44,835 nt of DNA, from contig MICN01000103.1 in assembly GCA_001829875.1 (NCBI GenBank), positions 1 through 44,835 of the forward strand, in the 5' to 3' direction. Below are positions 24,301-33,612 of the stretch, piece after piece. The translations under genes were made by a program, and so were the position numbers. Under the pieces are notes generated by a model. It did not search any database, was not told the DNA's origin, and was given only the letters and a program-made list of their open reading frames with translations. Numbering within the stretch: position 1 is the first letter of the stretch; the number at the start of each line of letters is the position of its first letter. The stretch is from Syntrophus sp. GWC2_56_31 (lineage in GTDB: Bacteria; Desulfobacterota; Syntrophia; Syntrophales; UBA5619).

Positions 24301-25250
24301 TTTTCTACCCCCTGCTCGTCCCAGTCGAACGGGCACTCTTTCTCGAAGTCCGGCGTGAGCTCCCGGTCGTCGACCTCCTGGGTATAGAGCTCCTCGAATC
24401 CCAGATCGACGGCGGCATTCACCACCCGCTCATACTCCTGACGGCTGATCCGCCGGCCGAGGAGGGGATGCTTCCTTACGGCCCGAATCGGCGTGTACTG
24501 GGCCATGAGGCTCAGCGGAACAAAACGGGAGATATTCTCCCGGATCGCCTTGAGAACCGCGAGGCTGTTGTCCATCTCCCCCGGCAGGACAAGGTGACGA
24601 ACCAGGACTCCCCGTTTCGCCACTCCGTCCTCGACATCGAGCGCGTCGCCGACCTGACGGACCATCTCCCGAAGCGAGGCTAGCGCGTGAAGAGGATAGT
24701 CCGGCACCCCGGAGTAGCACCGGCCTGCTTCAGCGATTCCGTATTTGAAATCGGGGAGATAGATATCCACCATCCCATCGAGGAGGCGGACGATCTTCTC
24801 CCGTTCATATCCGCCGCAGTTGAAGACAAAGGGGAGTCGGAGCCCCCGCCCCCGGGCGATAAGAAAGGCCGCCATGATCCCCGGCAGATGGGGGGTCGGC
24901 GTTACCGGCTCGATGTTGTGACAGCCGAGCTTCTCCAGTTCCAGCATAATACCGGCGAGCGCCTCCTCCGATACCGTCCGCCCGGCCTGGGAGTGGCTGA
25001 TCTGGACATTCTGGCAGTAAATGCATCTGAGATTGCAGGAGGAAAGGAAGATCGTCCCTGCGCCGCGCCTCCCCGAGAGGGGCGGCTCCTCGCCGTGATG
25101 GGGGAGCGCCGAACTCATGACTATCCCCGCACCGAGACGGCAGAATCCCCTCCCGTCGGCCGTCCGGTCCGCCCGGCACATGTGCGGGCAGAGGACGCAC
25201 CGTTTCAGGCATCGCTTCAGACATTCGACCCGGATCGCCGCATCGATCAT
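24297..25250 (-). CDS. Radical SAM protein, PflX-like
   Basis: CVLCPHMC, HHGEEPPLSG, CNLRCIYCQN (CxxxCxxC), VDIYLPDFKY, VRHLVLPG. Confidence 0.92.
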   Translation of the reverse strand: MIDAAIRVECLKRCLKRCVLCPHMCRADRTADGRGFCRLGAGIVMSSALPHHGEEPPLSGRRGAGTIFLSSCNLRCIYCQNVQISHSQAGRTVSEEALAGIMLELEKLGCHNIEPVTPTPHLPGIMAAFLIARGRGLRLPFVFNCGGYEREKIVRLLDGMVDIYLPDFKYGIAEAGRCYSGVPDYPLHALASLREMVRQVGDALDVEDGVAKRGVLVRHLVLPGEMDNSLAVLKAIRENISRFVPLSLMAQYTPIRAVRKHPLLGRRISRQEYERVVNAAVDLGFEELYTQEVDDRELTPDFEKECPFDWDEQGVEK

Positions 25251-25277
25251 AGGATTATCAATATTTTTGCCAGATCG

Positions 25278-26351
25278 TCAAAGTTTTTCGACGACATCCT
25301 TAAGGCGATTGCTCTCAATAAGTTCCAGGAACTCTTCGCCGAGCGGGGCCGCCAGTTCTACTGCCCGCCGCCAGTTCGCAATCCGCGTGGCCTGGTCGTC
25401 GACAAAGGTCTTAAAATCGCCGCGATCCGGGATCCGGCCGCCGGGAAGCCCCGCAATGAACGTCTCCGACGGATAGACCATGACAACCGAGTCGAGAGCC
25501 GTCTCCGGAGGGCGACGTCGTTTGAGCCGCTTGTCCATCCATCCGGGAATGATCCTCTCCTGATGATGGAAAAAGAGGGTCAGTTCGTCGCTTCGCGTCG
25601 TATAATCCTGATTGATGTGGTAGTCGAGAAACCCCCCGTCGCGGTAGACGCCGTCCGGGGCGCCGAAGATGTCTTTCACGCCGGCGACGGCTATCGGGAT
25701 CGCACCGGAAGCGATCACGGCGGATTTGAAATTGACCTCGGAAAGCGGGATGAAATGACCACGGAACCCCTTCCGCAAGCAGAAATCGGGCGGCTTGGCG
25801 CCGTAAAAAAAGACGACCCGCTCGGCAAAGCGATAGTTCAGCGAGGGATGGAGGGCGTTTGCCAGGAAGCTGAGGATGAATCCCACCTTTTGCGCCAGCA
25901 TCCCCTCGGAGGCCGCAAGGTGCTTCATCCGGCAGGTCATTACCGCCAGGCGGTACTGCTTGTTGGCCAGCGCAAAGGGAAGCGCGTCATCCTCGATATA
26001 ACTGTTGATGATTGCCGCCACGGATTGGAGAATCGTCTCGGGGGTGTCCTTTTTCTCGTAAGTCGTCGAGATGTAAGCTTCCATCAAGCGGTGGTAGCTT
26101 TTGACCGCCTCCGGCTGCAACCATGCCGCAAAACGCCAGGCCCCCGCCGAGGCGCCGACCAGCCAGATCGGACGGGCTCTTCCCAGCAGGCCTCCCTCTA
26201 AAAGCGTGAGATCGAAACCGCTGGCAACGAGCCACCGAGGGCCCCCCGCCGGGCCTACATAGGTCCCGATGCAATCCAGAGCGAAGCCGCCGGCCCGGAT
26301 TTGTTCATAGGCGCGCCTGCCTGCCCTGACGCGGATATTTTCCATGCTCAT
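25278..26351 (-). CDS. Patatin-like phospholipase/hydrolase
   Basis: Gly-rich GPAGGPRWL, GASAG nucleophile motif, ASGAIP, DGG. Confidence 0.8.
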   Translation of the reverse strand: MSMENIRVRAGRRAYEQIRAGGFALDCIGTYVGPAGGPRWLVASGFDLTLLEGGLLGRARPIWLVGASAGAWRFAAWLQPEAVKSYHRLMEAYISTTYEKKDTPETILQSVAAIINSYIEDDALPFALANKQYRLAVMTCRMKHLAASEGMLAQKVGFILSFLANALHPSLNYRFAERVVFFYGAKPPDFCLRKGFRGHFIPLSEVNFKSAVIASGAIPIAVAGVKDIFGAPDGVYRDGGFLDYHINQDYTTRSDELTLFFHHQERIIPGWMDKRLKRRRPPETALDSVVMVYPSETFIAGLPGGRIPDRGDFKTFVDDQATRIANWRRAVELAAPLGEEFLELIESNRLKDVVEKL

Positions 26352-26437
26352 GTCCCTTATGGCGGCAAATCCCGCCGCTCTTCACCGACAGGCGGAAGGC
26401 GCCCCCTTAAGGAATCTGCCAAATGCCTCAATCGGTC

Positions 26438-26466
26438 TTGACACATCCCGCCCGGTCCTGTACATT
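26438..26466 (+). promoter_or_regulatory. sigma70 promoter upstream of proA
   Basis: TTGACA-N17-TACATT. Confidence 0.65.
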
Positions 26467-26602
26467 ATTTCCGCCTTTCATAAATAAAGCGACGGGCGGG
26501 TTTTATACGAACATCATTGGGATTTGTCAACGGCTAAAATCGTTCTGAACGGAAAGCCCGATCATGACATCGGACTCATAAGGTAAATCGAGGATTGGCG
26601 GA

Positions 26603-27862
26603 GTGACGGAGATAGGGATACAGATGGCCGAGATGGGTCGGCAGGCAAGGCAGGCTTCCACCATCCTCGCCAGGATCTCTACGGATGCCAAAAACCGGGC
26701 GCTTGTCGCGATGGCGGATGCCCTCTTGACAAACCGGGAGTTTCTGATCAGGGAAAACTCCCTGGATGTGGAGCGCGCCCGGCAGGACGGCCTTTCCGGC
26801 GCGATGATCGACCGCCTTACGCTATCGGAGACGACCATCAGAGGAATCGCACGGGGCATCACCGAGGTGGCTGCCCTGCCTGACCCTGTGGGAAATATCG
26901 CATCCCTGTGGCGGCGACCGAACGGTCTGACCGTCGGCCGGATGAGGATCCCCCTCGGGGTCATCGGCATCATTTACGAATCCCGTCCAAACGTCACCGC
27001 CGACGCGGCTGCCCTTTGTCTGAAGTCGGGCAACGCCGTCATCCTCCGCGGGGGCTCGGAGGCAATCCACTCCAACCTTGCCATCTGCCTTATTATCCGG
27101 AGTGTCCTCCGCGATTTGTCGCTCCCCGAAGATGCAATTCAGGTCGTCCCCGTCACCGATCGGGAAGCCGTCTACGAACTGCTTCAGCTTGTGGAGTCTA
27201 TCGATGTGATCATCCCCCGCGGAGGGGAGGAACTGATCCGCGCTGTCGTCAGGGACTCGAAAATCCCCGTCATCAAGCATTACAAAGGGGTCTGTCACAT
27301 CTTTGTTGACGAAAGCGCCAACCTCGACATGGCCGTCCGGATATGCGTGAATGCAAAAACCCAGCGGCCCGGGGTCTGTAACGCGATGGAGTCGCTCCTT
27401 GTCCACGAGGCCATTGCCCCCTTATTTCTTCCGGCGGCGGCAGGTCCGCTCCGGAAGGCAGGTGTGACCATCAGGGGCTGTCAGAGAACACGGGCGATTC
27501 TGCCGGATGCAGAGGAAGCGATAGAAGCGGACTGGTATCGGGAATACCTCGAACTGATCCTCTCGGTGCGTGTGGTCTCCAACCTAGACGAGGCGATTGC
27601 CCACATCGAAAAGTACGGCTCCCTCCACACCGAAGCGATCGTCACCGAGAGCTACGAACGGGCGCAGCGATTCCTCCGTGAGGTCAATTCCTCGACAGTC
27701 CTTGTCAACGCCTCCACGCGCTTCAGCGACGGCTTTGAGCTTGGGCTTGGGGCAGAGATCGGCATCAGCACAACCAAGCTCCACGCCTTCGGGCCGATGG
27801 GTTTGGAAGAGTTGACGACGACAAAATTCATTGTTTACGGAAACGGACAGGTGAGAACATGA
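26603..27862 (+). CDS. proA: Gamma-glutamyl phosphate reductase
   Basis: [58 protein letters not shown]. Confidence 0.98.
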   Translation: MTEIGIQMAEMGRQARQASTILARISTDAKNRALVAMADALLTNREFLIRENSLDVERARQDGLSGAMIDRLTLSETTIRGIARGITEVAALPDPVGNIASLWRRPNGLTVGRMRIPLGVIGIIYESRPNVTADAAALCLKSGNAVILRGGSEAIHSNLAICLIIRSVLRDLSLPEDAIQVVPVTDREAVYELLQLVESIDVIIPRGGEELIRAVVRDSKIPVIKHYKGVCHIFVDESANLDMAVRICVNAKTQRPGVCNAMESLLVHEAIAPLFLPAAAGPLRKAGVTIRGCQRTRAILPDAEEAIEADWYREYLELILSVRVVSNLDEAIAHIEKYGSLHTEAIVTESYERAQRFLREVNSSTVLVNASTRFSDGFELGLGAEIGISTTKLHAFGPMGLEELTTTKFIVYGNGQVRT

Positions 27863-27985
27863 CGGCTTCGGAAAAAGCCCGGATGCCGCGTTGCGCTTCA
27901 TCCCTCGTCACTGCGGCGTACGAAAAAGTACGCCTCATTCCTCGGGATTCGCGCGCCTTGCCTGCAGGCTTTTTACGAAGCCGTC
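27861..27985 (+). repeat. MITE-like repeat, copy B (125 bp, full length)
   Basis: TIRs GACGGCTTCGGAAAAAGCC / GGCTTTTTACGAAGCCGTC; internal GGCGTAC-N6-GTACGCC; lies between two copies of GTGAGAACATGA (27851-62 and 28000-11). Confidence 0.92.
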
Positions 27986-28007
27986 CCATTTGTGGGGGTG
28001 TGAGAAC

Positions 28008-28661
28008 ATGAAATGGGGATTGTTCGGCGGCACGTTTGATCCGATTCACATAGGCCATCTGCGGTGTGCAGAGGAAATGATAGAGATCTTCGATCTGAAC
28101 CGGATCATCTTCGTTCCGGCATCGCGACCGCCGCATAAGCTCAACGGGGCCATCACGCCTTTCTACCACCGGGAGCAGATGGTCAGACTCGCGATCGAAG
28201 GGAACCCGGCATTCACCTTCTCCGATGTGGAGGACCGGAGGGCGGGAATCTCGTACTCAGTGGAGACAGTGGAGTACATCCTGGACAAGTACCGTCTGGA
28301 AAATCTGGATCTGTATCTCCTCCTCGGTCAGGACGCTTTCCATGCGATCCGGACATGGAAAGATTGGGAAAGACTCATTCTTTTATGCCATTTCGCCGTT
28401 ATGACCCGGCCGGGTTATGTGAACCAGGGTCTGGAAGCGATCCTTACCAAGGATTTCGCTTCCCGGTTCGTCTATGATGAGGGTGCGCAGGGATTCCGCG
28501 GACCCACGGGGCGCGTGATCTCATTTCGCGAGGTCACCTTCCTCGATATCGCTTCAAGCAATATCCGCAGACGGGCCAAGGAGGGGAAGACCATCAATTA
28601 CCTCGTCCCCGAGGAGGTCCGCCGTTACATCATTAAAAACTCCCTCTACTGGGATCTGTAA
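28008..28661 (+). CDS. nadD: Nicotinate-nucleotide adenylyltransferase
   Basis: [36 protein letters not shown]; start ATG 28008 (the longer ORF reads through the repeat). Confidence 0.97.
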   Translation: MKWGLFGGTFDPIHIGHLRCAEEMIEIFDLNRIIFVPASRPPHKLNGAITPFYHREQMVRLAIEGNPAFTFSDVEDRRAGISYSVETVEYILDKYRLENLDLYLLLGQDAFHAIRTWKDWERLILLCHFAVMTRPGYVNQGLEAILTKDFASRFVYDEGAQGFRGPTGRVISFREVTFLDIASSNIRRRAKEGKTINYLVPEEVRRYIIKNSLYWDL

Positions 28662-29598
28662 CAGGAAGCGGATTGTTGGTTATCATGCCCGTCAGGGCGG
28701 CATAGAGCTCTTCGTGGAGAGGCATCGGAACGCCGAGGGAGTGTCCCGCCCGGACGGCAAAGCCGATGAAGAGCTCCAGCTCGGTCTTACCCCCCCTTTC
28801 ATAATCGAGCTGCATGGACGACTTCGTCTCCGGAGGAAAGTGCTCGATCCTTGCGATCGCGCTCTCCATGCTGCCTGCCGGAAGCGCGACCCCCTTTGCC
28901 CCGGCCAGATGTGCAATCTCCGCCATCAATCCATGGACCATCGCCCTCCCCTTTTCATCCGCCATGACATCGCCAAAGCACAGTCCCATCAGCGATGTTA
29001 CGCCGGCCATCGGACTCACGAAAAGGTACTTGCTCCAAAGGGGAACAGCAATATCGGCGGATAACTCCGCCTTGATCCCGGCCTGCTTGAGGAGGGTCTC
29101 CAGCGGTTGATACGTGTCGGCCCGTCCTTCATCCGGTCCGAAAACAAGCTGACAGGTCCCGCCCACCTGGCGGACAACCCCGGGGGCCTCGATAAACGAG
29201 GAGATATAAACGCAACCGCTCAGAACTGACCCCCGGGGAACGATCGACCGGAGTCGGGCGGCGATGTCGACCCCGTTGAGTACCGGGAGAATAACCGTAT
29301 TGGCGTGCAAAAGCGGATCCAGTCCCGCCGCTGCCGCTTCCAGGTCATACTCCTTCACGGAGAAGAGGACCAGGTCACACGACCCCGCCTCGGCCGGATG
29401 GTCCGTCGCTAGGTCGGGTATCACCCGGCAGACGCCCTCCACTGCCTTGAGAAGCAGTCCCTCTCTGCGGATCGCCGCAAGGTGCTCTCCCCGGGCGATA
29501 AAGATCACCGTATGTTCCGGCGAATCGGCGTATTTTCCGGCAAGCTTCCCTCCGAAATAACCGCCTACCCCCCCGAGACCGACGACTGCTATCTTCAT
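28633..29598 (-). CDS. panE: 2-dehydropantoate 2-reductase (ketopantoate reductase family)
   Basis: [35 protein letters not shown]; 29-bp convergent overlap with nadD. Confidence 0.9.
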   Translation of the reverse strand: MKIAVVGLGGVGGYFGGKLAGKYADSPEHTVIFIARGEHLAAIRREGLLLKAVEGVCRVIPDLATDHPAEAGSCDLVLFSVKEYDLEAAAAGLDPLLHANTVILPVLNGVDIAARLRSIVPRGSVLSGCVYISSFIEAPGVVRQVGGTCQLVFGPDEGRADTYQPLETLLKQAGIKAELSADIAVPLWSKYLFVSPMAGVTSLMGLCFGDVMADEKGRAMVHGLMAEIAHLAGAKGVALPAGSMESAIARIEHFPPETKSSMQLDYERGGKTELELFIGFAVRAGHSLGVPMPLHEELYAALTGMITNNPLPVTDPSRGSF

Positions 29599-29727
29599 CA
29601 ACAATCTCCTCTCTCCAAGACATCTTTGTAGTAGAAATGCGTCGAGGCATGGTCCTCATTTCGTACCGTATTTCCTTATAAAAGCAAGTTCTTTCTTAAA
29701 CGAACCCCTTTAGGAACCTTTATTTCG

Positions 29728-29756
29728 TTGACATACGAGGCTGTTTTACATATATT
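29728..29756 (+). promoter_or_regulatory. Near-consensus sigma70 promoter
   Basis: TTGACA-N17-TATATT. Confidence 0.7.
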
Positions 29757-29845
29757 GCCCCTCGCCTAAGCCGGTTCATATGATATCTCGGTTCTCCCAA
29801 TGCTTGAATCCATGGTGACGATATGCGGATGGTGAGGTTCCATAC

Positions 29846-30340
29846 ATGATGCAACGGGCGAAATGGGCAAGCGCCAGGATTGTTTTTCTGATGATGGCAT
29901 TTGCCGGTACGGCCTCGGGAGGGGTGCTGGCCTACCTTTTGGGACCGGTCTATTCCTGGTATTTCTTCAACGACACCAATTTTTTAAAGCACCACCGGCT
30001 TATTTTGCCTCTTGCCATCTCCCACCTGAAACTCATCAGCGAATGGGTCCGGGACCCGGATTACCGAAAGATGTTTGCCATTCCCCTGACAGCCCCACCC
30101 ATGAGGGGCCCGGACATGTCGCGGGTGCGTACCAAAGCCTCATGGCCCGACAGTGCGTCCGCCTGCAACGGGTGCGCGCAATGCTGCATCAAGAGATCCT
30201 GTTCCTTTCTCGACCCGGAAACGAATCAATGTACATGCTACGGTTCGTTCTTCTGGCGCTATTTCAACTGCGGACGTTATCCGGAGAATGTAAAGCAGAT
30301 CGAATATTACAATTGCCCGAAATGGGAAGTGATCGGTTAG
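29846..30340 (+). CDS. Membrane-anchored Cys-rich protein, CxxCxxCC (YkgJ/UPF0153-like metal-binding) type
   Basis: N-terminal hydrophobic segment; CNGCAQCC, CSFL, CTCYG, CGRYP, CPKW. Confidence 0.65.
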   Translation: MMQRAKWASARIVFLMMAFAGTASGGVLAYLLGPVYSWYFFNDTNFLKHHRLILPLAISHLKLISEWVRDPDYRKMFAIPLTAPPMRGPDMSRVRTKASWPDSASACNGCAQCCIKRSCSFLDPETNQCTCYGSFFWRYFNCGRYPENVKQIEYYNCPKWEVIG

Positions 30341-30414
30341 GCCGGCGGCCATTTGACACGGCGTGGTTTTTACATGCCAAAATGAAATAAAATTCCCCCT
30401 CAAAAAATGTTCCG

Positions 30415-30443
30415 GGAACTTTTCTCTCCTTCCTCCTGTCTAA
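30415..30443 (+). promoter_or_regulatory. ECF (sigmaE/AlgU-type) promoter
   Basis: GGAACTT-N16-GTCTAA with an A/T-rich tract upstream; 34 bp before the ATG at 30478; ECF sigma gene downstream. Confidence 0.75.
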
Positions 30444-30477
30444 GGTTACAACGACAACTTACAAGGAGGAACGGAGC

Positions 30478-31335
30478 ATGAAAACTATCGCAATCGTCAT
30501 TCTGGCAATCGTGGTGTGCACAACAAGTGTCTGGGCGGGGGGTGTCGGGGAGACCGTGGAGGTGCGGATCGTGACCGATGACGGCCGAACGTTGCCGACC
30601 TACCCGGTAAAACTGTACCACGGAGTACGCAAGGTGTACGCCGAGGCGATCAAGGGGGATCATTACCGCATCGAGGTGAAGAACCGCCTCGACCGGAGGG
30701 TCGGGCTGGTCATCGCAGTCGATGGACGCAACATCGTCAGCGGTTTGAAATCCTGGCTGAAGAACAACGAACGCATGTACATCATCGAGCCATACGGTTC
30801 GGGAGAATTCGCGGGTTGGCGGACGGCCCAGGACCGCATCAACCGCTTCTACTTCACCGACGTACCCGACTCTTACGCCGCGGCATTCGGCGACGAGAGC
30901 GCCATGGGGGTGATCACAGTGGCGGTCTATCCCGAAGTGCGGCGCTTCGAGACGCCGATGCCTCTGTCACGGAGAACCCCATCCGCGCCAGGCGGTTATG
31001 AGGGCAAGGCTGCAGGTTCGGCCGACAAAGCGGATTCAGCCCCTGCCGCGCGGGAAGACTCCGGCAAGCGGATGAAGGAAAAAGACGCCAGGTCGGAACA
31101 GGCGTTCGAGAGCGCCGGCACCGGCTATGGCCGGGGCGAGTATTCCCCCTCGCAGATCGTGGCCTTTGAACCGGAGAAGCGGGCGGTGGAGACCATCACC
31201 TTCAAGTACGAGTGGCGGTCGACCCTCTGTAAACTGGGTGTGGTCGGATGCGCCAAACAGCCCCGCCGCTTACCCAACCGCCTCTGGGACGACGGCGGTT
31301 ACGCCCCTCCGCCCCCGCTGAGCATGCGGCCCTGA
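30478..31335 (+). CDS. Secreted hypothetical protein
   Basis: Sec signal peptide (MKTIAIVILAIVVCTTSVWA); core AVDGRNIVSG...GWR...FYFT...SYAAAFG...GVI; GTGYG; Pro-rich C-terminus. Confidence 0.8.
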   Translation: MKTIAIVILAIVVCTTSVWAGGVGETVEVRIVTDDGRTLPTYPVKLYHGVRKVYAEAIKGDHYRIEVKNRLDRRVGLVIAVDGRNIVSGLKSWLKNNERMYIIEPYGSGEFAGWRTAQDRINRFYFTDVPDSYAAAFGDESAMGVITVAVYPEVRRFETPMPLSRRTPSAPGGYEGKAAGSADKADSAPAAREDSGKRMKEKDARSEQAFESAGTGYGRGEYSPSQIVAFEPEKRAVETITFKYEWRSTLCKLGVVGCAKQPRRLPNRLWDDGGYAPPPPLSMRP

Positions 31336-31442
31336 CAGGCCGGAGGGTGGAAACCACGCGTTTTCCATCATTGCGCGGAGCAAGGCAACGTGTTACTCTT
31401 TCTGCATCGTGTTGATTCACACGATTAGCCGCTCCATACGCA

Positions 31443-32093
31443 ATGACGGGAGGCAACACCTTGCCGGATAACCTCGATCCAGGGGATGCGCAGAACCGGA
31501 CCATCGCGGACGATGACGCCGGTTTTGTCACACGCTGCCGGCGGGGCGAAACCGAGGCCTTCTCGGTCCTGGTCAGGAGGCACCAGAAAAAGATGCTCAA
31601 CATCGCCTACAGGATGATCGGCGACTACGACGAATCCTGCGACGTGGTGCAGGAGGCCTTCCTATCCGCCTACCGGGCCATCGGAAAATTCCGGGGGGAC
31701 GCCCGGTTCTCCACCTGGCTTATCGGCATTGTCCTGAATCATTCGAGAAGTCATATGGCTAAAAAGGTTGCCCGTTCCCGACATGAGGCAGGGTCGCTCG
31801 ATGACCACGTGAAACCGGAAACCGGAAGTTCCCTGAATGAGCCCCGTTCCCAGGCGGGATCGATCCTCGAGCAGATCGAGAGACGGGAGCTGGAGGCGAA
31901 GGTCCAGGAATGCATCGGCCTGCTCGACGGCGAAGCGAGGGACGTCCTGGTCCTCCGGGACATCCAGGGTTTCTCTTACGAAGAGATCGGTGTCATGCTG
32001 AAACTGCCCGAGGGAACCGTCAAATCGCGGCTTTTCCGGGCCAGAAACGCCCTGAAAGACAGCCTGTCCCGGGTACTCGGTGATCTGATATGA
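31443..32093 (+). CDS. ECF RNA polymerase sigma factor
   Basis: AFSVLVRRHQ, DVVQEAF, FSTWL (region 2); SYEEIG...GTVKSRLFRAR (region 4); start may be TTG 31461. Confidence 0.95.
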   Translation: MTGGNTLPDNLDPGDAQNRTIADDDAGFVTRCRRGETEAFSVLVRRHQKKMLNIAYRMIGDYDESCDVVQEAFLSAYRAIGKFRGDARFSTWLIGIVLNHSRSHMAKKVARSRHEAGSLDDHVKPETGSSLNEPRSQAGSILEQIERRELEAKVQECIGLLDGEARDVLVLRDIQGFSYEEIGVMLKLPEGTVKSRLFRARNALKDSLSRVLGDLI

Positions 32094-33199
32094 CGTGCAA
32101 CGAGATCGAAAACCGGCTTCCGGCCTATCGGGAGGACCTCCTCTCCCCGGAAGAGAGGAAAATCATCACCGGGCATCTCGCCTCCTGTCCCCGCTGCAGC
32201 CGGGCCTTTGCGGACCTGAAGAAAGCGGAAGCGCTCGTGCGCAGCCTCAGGGAGGTGGAACCGCCGCCTTTTTTCGAGCAGCGGATCATGTCCCGGGTCA
32301 GGGAAGAGGCCGGGAAGAAACGGGGAATTCTCCGGTGGCTCTTCTATCCGCTCCATATCAAGGTCCCCATTCAGGCCCTGGCCACGCTTCTGGTTGCCGT
32401 CCTTACCTTCTACGTCTACCAGAGCGGCGATCCGGAAATGAAGCGGATGGCGCCGCTTCCCATACCCCTGACCGAACTTGGAAAGGGGAAGGACACGGTT
32501 GAAGCCCCCATGACCCTTCCATCCCCTTCTGCCGGAACATCGGTCAAGCGGGCACCCGCCGGGGGGGGGGACCTTCCCGAAGCGAGCCGGGAACGGTTTG
32601 TCACTCCCCCGATCGCAGAGCGCGGGAAAGAGGAAAGTGTGGCCGATACAAGGGCGGCGATAAGGAAAGAGCATCCCTCGGCCATGAAACCCTCGGACCC
32701 GCTTGTGGCGGCAAGCGAAAAGGAGCCCCCGCCGGCCGGCGATGCGGCGTCGAACAGGAAAATGGACACTGCCGGAAAGCAGGACGCCGACAAGGCATTG
32801 GAAACTCACCCGCCGCTGCAGAAACGGGAAGCGGGGATGAGCGATACCGCTGCGGGGGTCAGGGAAAGCGTAAAAACGACGCCTGCCCCTTCACGGTCGA
32901 GAATGACGGCGGCGATGACGATAAAAAAGCGACCGGTCATCGAACTGACGATTCGGGTCGGAGATACGGATCTAGCCATCCGGGAGATCGAATCGCGCCT
33001 CGCCCGAGTCAGCGCCCGGACCATCGAAAGGCAGGCCCGCAAGGGAAGTGAATTTCTGAAGGTCGAGATGGCAGCACAGAATGTCGCTGCGTTGCTGGAG
33101 CTACTCGAAACGATCGGCAGGGTCAGCCTGGAAACGAGACCCCTTGACGCTCCGGATGGGGATGTGATAGTCAACATTAAAATCGTCGCTCACCCGTGA
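32090..33199 (+). CDS. Zinc-finger (ZAS) transmembrane anti-sigma factor, DUF2275-like
   Basis: HLASCPRC (HxxxCxxC), LFYPLHIKVPIQALAT followed by a TM helix, low-complexity extracytoplasmic linker; ATGA overlap with the sigma gene. Confidence 0.88.
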   Translation: MTCNEIENRLPAYREDLLSPEERKIITGHLASCPRCSRAFADLKKAEALVRSLREVEPPPFFEQRIMSRVREEAGKKRGILRWLFYPLHIKVPIQALATLLVAVLTFYVYQSGDPEMKRMAPLPIPLTELGKGKDTVEAPMTLPSPSAGTSVKRAPAGGGDLPEASRERFVTPPIAERGKEESVADTRAAIRKEHPSAMKPSDPLVAASEKEPPPAGDAASNRKMDTAGKQDADKALETHPPLQKREAGMSDTAAGVRESVKTTPAPSRSRMTAAMTIKKRPVIELTIRVGDTDLAIREIESRLARVSARTIERQARKGSEFLKVEMAAQNVAALLELLETIGRVSLETRPLDAPDGDVIVNIKIVAHP

Positions 33200-33237
33200 C
33201 GACTTCGTATATAAAAATTCAAGTGAGAGGTGATGCG

Positions 33238-33612
33238 ATGCCCATACCTATTAAGATTACGGCCGGTTCTGTCAGCCTCACTGCGGAGCTGGACGATACG
33301 GCCCTGGCCGGAACCGTCGCGGCCAAACTCCCTATCGAGACGACCCCCAACGAATGGGGCGACGAGTTCTACTTCGGGATCCCTGTCCGGTCGAACCTCG
33401 ACAAAACGGCAACGAAAAAGGTCAAGGTCGGCGACATCGGTTTCTGGCCTCCCGGGAACGCGATGGCGATCTTCTTCGGCCCCACGCCGATGAGCTCGGG
33501 CGCCGATCCCGTCCCGGCAAGCGCCGTTTGCCTCATCGGCCGGATCACCGGCGATGCGACCCTCCTGAAGCAGGCCCGCGGCGCCCGGACGATCCGCATC
33601 GAAAAGATGTAG
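33238..33612 (+). CDS. Cyclophilin-like fold protein (TM1367/DUF369-like)
   Basis: WGDEFYF, GDIGFWPPGNAMAIFFGPTP, PASAV; GAGG RBS before ATG 33238. Confidence 0.85.
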   Translation: MPIPIKITAGSVSLTAELDDTALAGTVAAKLPIETTPNEWGDEFYFGIPVRSNLDKTATKKVKVGDIGFWPPGNAMAIFFGPTPMSSGADPVPASAVCLIGRITGDATLLKQARGARTIRIEKM

